The notes under the pieces are model-generated. The model saw nothing but the letters and a program-made list of their open reading frames with translations, was not told the origin of the DNA and made no database searches. A DNA stretch of 64,000 bases from Eukaryota sp. TZLM1-RC (Eukaryota; Protista; Metamonada: BaSk clade): the NCBI GenBank assembly GCA_040285825.1, contig JAUPSS010000007.1:1202501-1266500 (forward strand), in the 5' to 3' direction. Both the position numbers and the translations under genes were made by a program. The first letter of the stretch is position 1. Each line of letters opens with the position of its first letter. Below, one piece after another: positions 34,909 to 45,600 of this stretch.

Positions 34909-35629
34909 GGAATTGATGTGTGTAGATGGTTTGATTCAGTTGCAATCATACTAGGCATAGGATATCTTTATCATTATTTTATAAATAATTCTGCATCTTT
35001 GCGGAATATTTAATAGATACAAGTAGATATTCAATCTTCTGATGAATAAACTTAAATGTTGGGTCGATCGAAAGGATCAGTCAATAACATATTTAACATT
35101 GTGTTCATGGTTCCCTCAAAGTCTAACTAGTCTATCTAGATTTTAAAAAATCTGTAATACTTGCTGTGAGAAGAACAAATACAAATTGATTCATCTCTCC
35201 CAAAACACAACAACGAGATGCAACTCTCTCATAGTGAGATCGAAGAGAAAGCAGAGCATTAGAAATCATCTTCAACAACCCAAAATAGAAAAAAGCACTT
35301 CAATTCTGTCAAAAGAATCTGTTAAAGTTTCCGTTCGTTCTATTTAACCATCAGTGCAAAAGGTGCTAGAAAACAGTTTGAGCAAATGAAACAAACAGAG
35401 AAAATATAATTTTGTGCAAATTGAGAATAATATGCTTTGAGATCCACAATTGGGATTTAATGATAAGTTCTGAAAATAAATTGGACACTTGAACTTGTGT
35501 TGTTCAAGGTTCATTCTAATTTTGTTTTTTTGAAACAGCAAATGGACTATTGGATCATTCTTTTACTATTTTATTGTAATCTTATAATATTTGTATATAT
35601 ACATATTGAAAATATTTTCTTTTGGTAAA

Positions 35630-35786
35630 AACATGATGGATTGTGAAGATGCACAACTCTTTGAAACGAAAATTTAAGTCACATAGCACCGTAGAAATAT
35701 TCTATGAATTTGAATTTTTATATGCACTATTCTTTATTGTGGCGCATGCCAACTATGACTAGATTTTACTAGTCAACAAAAATAAA
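35630..35786 (-). ncRNA. Candidate omegaRNA region, copy 2
   Basis: Counterpart of 7446-7600; the substitutions in the first hairpin keep pairing through G-U. Confidence 0.48.
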
Positions 35787-37993
35787 CTAAGTTCCAAGAT
35801 AAACAGGCCTACCTTCTTCACAGGATAACCAATGATCAAATACATTCAACATATTCAAACAAGCCATCTTGTCCCTATTCCAATACTTTGCCTTGACTGC
35901 TTCTCTACTTTCTGACTTTTTACATCGTGCTTTTGCATCATTAATACACTGAGAACTTCTATATTCCAAAAGCCCATGAGGAGATTTGAACGGTGTTTTT
36001 TCAACACTTTTAGGAATTGAATTCCTTGTTTTGATAGTTGTTTCAAACACTTTTTCAAAGCAAGAAGGACACTTTGAAGAAGCATGGCTTTCATCAATTA
36101 GAACAGTTTGAAAACCTCGTCTAAGAAAACAACTTATCCATCTATTGGAAGGAGTTGGGGGACTATGTTTGAGATTACTGATTGGTTTACGACCCAAGTC
36201 CCTAATACACAATACCATTTTGTCTTTACCACCAAATGTTGTCAATAACTTGTTCACAATTCTTTCTTCAGTTTTTTAACTATGGATATAACTTTGGATA
36301 TTATGTATCGTCCATAAGGGTAAACTGTAAAATTGTTTCACTGCAGTGTAGTGTTTACACTTGGCCAACATAAACTCTCTGAATTTGTGGTAATCAACAG
36401 TTTTTGAATCATGATCACGTAACCACGAATTCCATTCCTGAATGGTCATTGTCTGGTCTTCACTATTACCATTATTTTGTCTAACACAAAATTGTAACAC
36501 TTGTTTGTGTTTTCTATTGAGACGTGACCATTCACCATATGTTAGCCTCATCCATTCATATTTTTTCAGTGGATTTGAATTGGATTCTTCCGACTGTGCT
36601 CCAAATTGAATTAAATCTCTCTTTCCAAGATCACCAAAAACCACATTTTGATCACTATAATCTTCAGGATCAAGGTGATTAAAATAAGAGACTGATACCT
36701 TGGCAATATTTGAATCAGGTTTAAAGGTTAATCCTGTGAGATCTTCTCTCACAAACTGAAAACAAATACTTATACCATTGGTTACTGCGTAATTATTGAA
36801 CTTGAAACCATTTTTTTTGAAAGATTTGTTATTAGTGTTGAACCATCTATTCCAATAAGAATTCTGTTGATTGTGAGTTAGAATACCAATATCAGACATA
36901 CACATATAATTTTGGACTTGTTTAAATCGAGGTTTACCATCTAAATTACCCTTAGAATTTTTCCCAATACCCCACAATGTGCGCGTGTCTATTGGAAAGT
37001 ATCCAGGTTTACTACTCATATTAAGTGGAATGACATTAAACAATTTTTCTTCAATTCCTTCTAAATATTGAATTATTTGAAATGATGGTTTCAGAAAATG
37101 TAAAGGATACTTTTCAAGGGTGTATTGCAGTATTTTAACTTGCACATTTTATGTTCCATTGCCCTCATTAATTTGGATAATATTTGGGAAAATTATAGAC
37201 AACCAGTGCTCCAATAATAATGTAACACCTTCTTCAATCAAATAATTTGTGGTTTCAAACACAACATCGGTTGTAGAATCATCAAAATATTTAATAACTT
37301 CTTGTAAGAAATATACATTAGATGGGTGAGCAGAATTTCCAAAATTTTGCAAGTAATTAATTAATTCATTTCGCTCCCCACCAGTCATAAAATCCTTCAC
37401 AATTTTCAAACGAAATCTAAAGAAACTGAGAAATCTTTGGCGTTGCATATAATTCAAATGTTGCAAACTATCTGGAAGAACTTCTGTCCAATTTTCCTTT
37501 TGATACATAAATGATAATTTCTTTTGATATTCAGTTCAAAAGCAGGCCACATTTCATATTGACTCATGTATTCAAATGATCTATTTACATGGTTATAATC
37601 TAGTCTAGGCATATGGCAAATTGATGAAGTGTCGGTGTATTCAGTAACACAATGGCGATACCCAGGGAATTCAGAGTTGTTATCATAAGTTCCTAACCCA
37701 AATATAAAGTTGTTCAAATCATCACTTAACGTTGGTATTGGTTTATCGAATGCTAATTTAAACCGATGCACCTTTGAAGATAATTTTTTCAAACATATCA
37801 TTGTGTGATAAAATAGTTTGTAGTCAAAATTTGTCAAATCTTCGTTCTTCATGAATTTGACTAAAACATACTGTTTGACACAAAATGAAATTTGTTGTCT
37901 TACAGCAGTCATTACCTCAGATGCTATAAGTAACTCTTCTTGTAATTCTCTATACCTTGCTGTAGATGAAACAGAGGTCTTTACTGTAGACCA
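35787..37993 (-). pseudogene. Fanzor1, copy 2 (nonsense codons and a 49-bp deletion)
   Basis: ORFs 37454-37912, 37149-37508, 36276-37145 and 35787-36257. RuvC triad present: FGDLG, IDESH, WNRDKMACLN. C-terminal RPVYL. Confidence 0.92.
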
Positions 37994-38011
37994 TGACTGA
38001 TTTATTATTTA

Positions 38012-39328
38012 ATCCCTTTGGAATAGAATAAACAATTTGAAAACATGAATTGCATCCTGAAGACAACAAGATCCTGATGTTCTCAATGCTTTATTTGAAT
38101 AGAGGTATCAACAGGTAATAAATTTTTAAACTCATCATGAAGTTTAAGTTTTGTTTCAGCGGGTAAATGGTATGCTAAATTGTTCAATGAAGCTCCATAT
38201 CTAATTTTAATAAATTTTTTGGCAAACAAAAAAGTGTCCAAAATAGTGAAATTTTCATAAAACTGAATTACTTCTCTCCAACGTCGATGAAAACATAATT
38301 CATTTAGACCAATTCTTTGGGACAAAATTGGAAAAGTGATTCCAAAATGTGATAATCGCACAGCCAACACAGGTAAATCAAAATTAAAAATATTATGGCC
38401 TAAGAAACCAACAATTTTTTTTATCATAAGTGAATTCTGCAAATGACTTCAATAGTTGTTGTTCATGATCAAAGTTATTCAATGAAACATCAAAAACTGG
38501 TTTGTTATCATTGGTCCATGATAACACTCGTCTCGTTCCCTCTAAATTAGCAACATAATTTATACTCGAGAAATGGAAAATAGTATCCCCATTATGGTCA
38601 ATTTCAAACAAAATCATAGAAATCATTAAAATTTCCTGCCGTTCTAAAAAAAGCTGTTGTTCTAACAATTGCTCATCATCAGTCATTTGGCGACGTCGCT
38701 CTGACTGTGATTGCTTTTGTTGAGCTCGCAAATTGTCTAAAGTTTTATTAATATCTTTTTTCTTGGTTATTTCAACACCAATTTCCTTGGTTTCAATATC
38801 AATTGAACAAATAAGAGGGCGATCAGAGGTACTAACTTCTTGATGAAGAACAGGATCATCAATAAAAGGTTTCTTTTTAACCTTTTTCTTCTTTCCTCGA
38901 ATCACATCAATTTTTTTAAATTCATTAATACTTGAAACAGAAGAATTAGGTGCAACAAGATTTTGAAAATCTCTGGGTTTCTGAGGCAGTTCAGTACTAC
39001 TTCTGTTTTGGACAAACCTACGTCGACTCCTCTTTGATGAATGTTCGGCCGGAATCGGAAATCTTTGACTGTTTCTTAATGATTTTGAATAACCCAATGA
39101 TTTTCTAATTTTGTAATATTGGGTTCTACGTTGTATTGGGGTCAAGGATGAATCTTTTGGATCAATTGAATCAATTTGGGATAGTGTTGAAGGTTCTTGT
39201 TGCAGTCTGTTTTGCTGATTGGAAGAAATCACGGCAGAAGTGATTGGTCTCATAATTTTTACAGAAGAAACAACCTTTGCGGGAACAACAGACGATGATG
39301 ATCGTCTGACAGTTTTTGAAGGAGGGGT
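38012..39328 (-). pseudogene. Basic/low-complexity region plus DEDDy (PolB/DnaQ-like) 3'-5' exonuclease domain
   Basis: ExoI ICSIDIET (~38790-38812), ExoII GFLGHNIFNFDLPVL, ILDTFLFAKK, SLNNLAYH and ExoIII CCLQD (YCLQD in copy 1). Frameshifts in a T-run at ~38420 and a 1-nt deletion at ~38105. Confidence 0.85.
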
Positions 39329-39367
39329 TTATTCCACTGATGACTTTCTCTTTTTGGGCTGACAATA

Positions 39368-39430
39368 TGGACCAGGGTTCGCCTCTACATCACCATGTGC
39401 TGTGAGCAACTGTTGTTTCAATGCTGCGCG
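39368..39430 (-). other. 2A-like StopGo (ribosome skipping) peptide AALKQQLLTAHGDVEANPG|P
   Basis: Exact D(V/I)ExNPGP consensus with the preceding G and an upstream LL helix (GDVEANPGP at 39368-39394). Same frame as ORF 38393-39253, separated only by TAA 39329-39331. Confidence 0.85.
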
Positions 39431-39575
39431 GAACTGATATACATTGACTGAAATATTGGCTGTTTCCGTCAACATCTCGTTTAAAGAAACAAAGTTGTGA
39501 TGATTTTCTATAAAGTACTGTACATATTTCAAACAAAAAATTCCACTATCATTCACACTTTGAACTCTAAGAAAT
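39431..39575 (-). pseudogene. C-terminal remnant of a Ulp1/SENP-like (C48) cysteine protease
   Basis: VQSVNDSGIFCLKYVQYF...YQFRAALKQQL resembles QxNxxDCGxFxxxY...R. The catalytic Cys position is AGT (Ser), one change from TGT. The upstream part is replaced by the CRE array. Confidence 0.55.
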
Positions 39576-39624
39576 TGAACTCTAAGAAATTAAGTAAAAT
39601 TTTTGAAGACAAATTAATTTATTT

Positions 39625-42600
39625 TTAAAACTGGAACAATAATTGAGATAAAAATGACCATCTAGAAATCAATATCCTCCAAACAAGCGTCATTATTACT
39701 TAACCTACTCACAGCATTACGTTCATATTCTACACCAATAGCTAAAAGCGCCTTTGAAATCATTGTAGGAATAGACTGGAAAATGCTTAAAACAATTCCA
39801 TTTAACCAGAAAGTGGAGTTCATTGTTTTACCAGACCTATTCAGTAACACTTGTTTGAAATTTTCCAAAAAGTGCAACCCTGAAGGTCCAATATTGCCAA
39901 AAAAGAAATTGCAAACGCGCAAACTGATATTTCACATGTTCCACTCTATCTAACTGTGCCAAAGGTTCTTTGTCTCTTTTATCTTTTTTTTTCGGCATTA
40001 AATAACGGCCAATCAGCGGAATAGCATAAACTAGTAACACAATTTTTGCAAACATCAACTGAGAAAACATCTACAACATTGCGAACATCATCGATACCTG
40101 GAGCCACTACATCTGCCCTTCTTTTACCAAAGGAATCATCAGGTTGATCTGAAGACAGCTTACGTACTAGTGGCTCAATAAATGCCTCTATATTGAAACT
40201 TTTGCACATGGCATATAATTGATCACGAACTGGGGCGTGAACACTTGTGCGATAAGTTATAAAATATTTACAGTTTAACATATGGGAAAGCGTAACAACA
40301 CTCTTGTCGCGACAAATTAAATCATTTGGTAATGAACAAGACCATAGAAAACATCTCATTCTCATTGCAGTGGTCCATTGGTGATCATAAAGTAGAAGGC
40401 CATAAATGTTGGGAATTTGGGAGATCAGGCAATTTGAGCAACTGTCTTCAAGGTCAATCAAAAAGTTTGCAAAAACGGGATTTTTTTTCCTAAGCCAAGC
40501 TAAGACGTACAATATAATTCAAGTTTTCCTAAACTTTCAAGATTTTTGTTCTGCAATTTTTCGAAAGTCAGTGGTAAGGAGAGCAAGCTTCTTGAAGGAA
40601 GTTCCACAATATCAGAGGGAAACATTTGGCCCAAATATTACGTGAAAGAGTTTCAATTTCCTGTTGCAAAGAAATAAGATAAGGGCTGCCACAATTTTCA
40701 ATGAGATGAATTTTTTCAGGAAAACGATTCACAAATTCACAAATATAATTCTTTTCACCTCCAATAAATGCAGCTTTACAAAGATAGCTTAATTTATGAA
40801 AATCAACACCACCAAAATTTGTACCACAAAAAATGTGGCTTCGCAACTGAGATTTATCAATTTCCAATAATTTTGCTAAAAAAATTGGTTCTTTGTTCAT
40901 TGAATATCGACAAAACTCCAAAAAAAATTGATGCTGATGTTGATTTCAAAATATGAGTAAATTTTCCAGAATAACAAAATTTTAGGAAAAAGAATTTCAA
41001 ATGTTTCTCAATATTTCAATTTTCTATTTATTCTAATTCATTTCCAAATTGGATCAACAGAGTCGAAAATTGGCCTTTGACTTCTTCAATATTTCCGAGA
41101 TAACAACCCAAAAAACGAAAACCAGACTGATCATAATTGATAAAGGGGACATTGAATCATTAATGAAAGAATCAATTGGTTCATCTCCAATAACCAAACA
41201 CTTGGAAATATTCAATGAGAGACCAGTAACTTCATAACGCTTTTGAATAAAAGTTGCTATTTGTTTAAGAATTGTAATAGGTGCAATTACAGAAATGTCA
41301 TCCATATATGCTACAATATCTATTTCTGGGAATTTTTATTTTAATTCGCACATTAATGGATGCATTGCCAGACAAAAGAAAAAAGGATCAAGTGGATCGC
41401 CTTGTTTAACACCTGAAGAAGGAATCAGGTCAAAGTTTTCATAGACCATTGTGGATGACTTTCCATAAAATGAATAGAAAAAGGCTCAAAAAAGAAAATG
41501 CTTTCGCAGCAAAGGTAAAATGGAAGAACGAGATACAGAATTGAAAACATTCTTAAAATCTAAATTGAAGACGTAATTAGAATCACTAGAATTAAAAAAC
41601 ATATCCGACGAAAGAGCAGCAGAAGAAGCACCATCAATTGTTTTGATTCCAAATTGAACTCGACTGAAAAATTCCTTTGCTTTTTCCCAATTCTATCGAA
41701 AACAAGAGACGCAAGAATTCTTGAAAACGATTCTCCAATTGCAATTGGACGGATATTGGATTGACTTTGCTTGAGGGCAATTAAGCGAGCACTGGTCATC
41801 TCAAAAGAAACTGTAATTTCTAACGTAGGAAGATTGTTGAAAAAAAGAACAAGATCATCAGCAATTTCAGGAAACTGTCCAACTGCTGATTTGATCATGT
41901 CAAAATTTAACAACAGTTCATTGAATTCATTGAGAACAGAGTTTTTTGCTGATTTATTACACGTAGAACCAGGAATATTGAAAAGTCACTTATTTTCTTC
42001 AGCAAATTTGGGGGTATTGGATTTTCTAAATCTTCAATTTTGTGTCAATCAGCATTCTTGGCTGGTGGAAAAAAATTTTATTTATGAATTTTCTCGTAGA
42101 TTTCCTGATGATTCTCATCTGTTAGTTCCCAATTGCAGTCCTTATTTGTATGAGTTATCTTGTGAACTTGCAAAATTGCCACCACAAATTTGGACCAAAT
42201 GTTGTCCTCAATCAATTCAAGAAATTCCAAACCGATCTCTTTTTGATTTACAGTTTTGCTGTTCAAAGCTTCAAAAAAAATTGTCAAAGATTTTTGAAAG
42301 CTTGGTTTTTTTTAAAAAACTGGAATATTTATTGAGATAAAAATAACCATCTAGAATTCAATATCGTTCAAACAAGCGTTACTATTGCTAAACCTACTTA
42401 CAGCATTACGTTCATATTCTACACCGACAGCTCAAAGCGCCTTAGAAATCATTGTAGGAATAGACTGGAAAATGCTTAAAACAATTCTATTTAACCAAAA
42501 AGTGGAGTTCATTGTTTTACCAGACCTATTCAGTAACACTTGTTTGAAATTTTCCAAGAAGTGCAACCCTGAAGGTCCAATATTGCCAAAAAAGAAATTG

Positions 42601-45600
42601 CAAACGCGCAAACTGATATTTCACATGTTCCACTCTATCTAACTGTGCCAAAGGTTCTTTGTCTCTTTTATCTTTTTTTCGGCATTAAATAACGGCGAAT
42701 CAGCGGAATAGAATAAACTAGCAACACAATTTTTGCAAACATCAACTGAGAAAACATCTACAACATTGCGAACATCATCGATACCTGGAGCCACTACATC
42801 TGCCATTCTTTTACCAAAGGAATCATCAGGTTGATCTGAAGACAGCTTACGTACTAGTGGCTCAATAAATGCCTCTATATTGAAACCTTTGCACATGGCA
42901 TATAATTGATCACGAACTGGGGCATGAACACTTAATGGATGCATTGCCAGACAAAAGAAAAAAGGATCAAGTGGATCGCCTTGTTTAACACCTGAAGAAG
43001 GAATCAGGTCAAAGTTTTCATAGACCAATGTGGATGACTTTCCATAAAATGAATAGAAAAAGGCTCAAAAAAGAAAATGCTTTCGCAGCAAAGGTAAAAT
43101 GGAAGAACGAGATACAGAATTGAAAGCATTCTTAAAATCTAAATTGAAGACGTAATTAGAATCACTAGAATTAAAAAACATATCCGACGAAAGAGCAGCA
43201 GAAGAAGCACCATCAATTGTCTTGATTCCAAATTGAACTGGACTGAAAAATTCCTTGGCTTTTTCCCAATTCTATCGAAAACAAGAGACGCAAGAATTCT
43301 TGAAAACGATTCTCCAATTGCAATTGGACGGATATTGGATTGACTTTGCTTGAGGGCAATTAAGCGAACACTGGTCATCTCAAAAGAAACTGTAATTTCT
43401 AACGAAGATTGTTGAGAAAAGGAACAAGATCATCAGCAATTTCAGGACACTGTCCAACTGCTGATTTGATCATGTCAAAATTTAACAACAGTTCATTGAA
43501 TTCATTGAGAACAGAGTTTTTTGCTGATTATTACACGTAGAACCAGGAATATTGAAAAGTCACTTATTTTCTTCAGCAAATTTGGGGGTATTGGATTTTC
43601 TAAATCTTCAATTTTGTGTCAATCAGCATTCTTGGGTGGTGGAAAAAATTTTATTTATGAATTTTCTCGTAGATTTCCTGATGATTCTCATCTGTTAGTT
43701 CCCAATTGCAGTCCTTATTTGTTTGAGTTATCTTGTGAACTTGAAAAATTGCCACCACAAATTTGGACCAAATGTTGTCCTCAATCAATTCAAGAAATTC
43801 CAAACCGATCTCTATTTGATTTACAGTTTTGCTGTTCAAAGCTTCAAAAAGAAATTGTCAAAGATTTTTGAAAGCTTGGTTTTTTTTAAAAACTGGAATA
43901 TTTATTGAGATAAAAATAACCATCTAGAATTCAATATCGTTCAAACAAGCGTTACTATTGCTAAACCTACTTACAGAATTACGTTCATATTCTACACCGA
44001 CAGCTAAAAGTGCCTTAGAAATCATTGTAGGAATAGACTGGAAAATGCTTAAAACAATTCTATTTAACCAGAAAGTGGAGTTCATTGTTTTACCAGACCT
44101 ATTCAGTAACACTTGTTTGAAATTTTCCAAAAAGTGCAACCCTGAAGGTCCAATATTGCCAAAAAAGAAATTGCAAACGCGCAAACTGATATTTCACATG
44201 TTCCACTCTATCTGACTGTGCCAAAGGTTCTTTGTCTCTTTTATCTTTTTTTTCGGCATTAAATAACGGCCAATCAGCGGAATAGAATAAACTAGTAACA
44301 CAATTTTTGCAAACATCAACTGAGAAAACATCTACAACATTGCGAACATCATCGATACCTAGAGCCACTACATCTGCCCTTCTTTTACCAAAGGAATCAT
44401 CAGGTTGATCTGAAGACAGCTTACGTACTAGTGGCTCAATAAATGCCTCTATATTGAAACTTTTGCACATGGCATATAGTTGGTCACGAACTGGGTCATG
44501 AACACTCGAGCGATAAGTTATAAAATATTTACAGTTCAAAATATGGGAAAGCGTAACAACACTCTTGCAGCGACAAATTAAATCATTTGGTAATGAACAA
44601 GACCATAGAAAACATCTCATTCTCATTGCAGTGGTCCATTGGTGATCATAACGTAGAAGGCCATAAATGTTGGGAATTTGGGAGATCAGGCAATTTGAGC
44701 AACTGTCTTCAAGATCAATCAAAAAGTTTGCAAAAACGAGATTTTTTTCCTAAGCCAAGCAAAGACGTACAATATAATTCAAGTTTTCCTAAACTTTCAA
44801 GATTTTTTTTCTGCAATTTTGCGAAAGTCAGTGGTAAGGAGAGCAAGCTTCTTGAAGGAAGTTGCACAATATCAGAGGGAAACATTTGGCTCAAATATTA
44901 GGTGACAGAGTTTCAATTTCCTGTTGCAAAGAAATAAGATAAGGGCTGCCACAATTTTCAATGAGATGAATTTTTTCAGGAAAACGATTCACAAATTCAC
45001 AAATATAATTCTTTCCACCTCCAATAAATGCAGCTTTACAAAGATAGCTTAATCTATGAAAATCAACACCACCAAAATTTGTACCACAAAAAATGTGGCT
45101 TCGCAACTGAGATTTATCAATTTGCAATAATTTTGCTAAAAAATTGGTTCTTTGTTCATTGAATATCGACAAAACTCCAAAAAAAATTGATGCTGATGTT
45201 GATTTCAAAATATGAGTAAATTTTCCAGAATAACAAAATTTTAGGAAAAAGAATTTCAAATGTTTCTCAATATTTCAATTTTCTATTTATTCTAATTCAT
45301 TTCCAAATTGGACCAACAGAGTCGAAAGTTGGCCTTTGACTTCTTCAATATTTCCGAGATAACAACCCAAAAAACGAAAACCAGACTGATCATAATTGAT
45401 AAAGGGGACATTGAATCATTAATGAAAGAATCAATTGGTTCATCTCCAATAATTAAACACTTGGAAATATTCAATGAGAGACCAGTATCTTCATAACGCT
45501 TTTGAATAAAAGTTGCTATTTGTTTAAGAATTGTAATAGGTGCAATTACAGAAATGTCATCCATATATGCTACAATATCTATTTCTGGGAATTTTTATTT

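Larger units (their letters stand above)
29281..38128 (-). repeat. Arm 2 of the inverted duplication, containing an extra 2.85-kb CRE insertion
   Basis: Reverse complement of 5050-11092 apart from the insertion 31865-34713 and a 49-bp deletion near 37497. Confidence 0.95.

Noticed and set aside
38083-39253. Polinton/viral DNA polymerase B gene
   Set aside because: Only the three Exo motifs are present. No polymerase motifs (DxxSLYP, YxDTDS), capsid, ATPase or integrase follow; the frame runs into Fanzor instead.
5198-39331. TAA/TAG reassignment to Gln as an explanation for the in-frame stops
   Set aside because: The stops align with K, E and Q codons in the sister copy. The 2029-aa and Gag-Pol ORFs contain no internal TAR codons, and conserved genes end at TAA/TAG.
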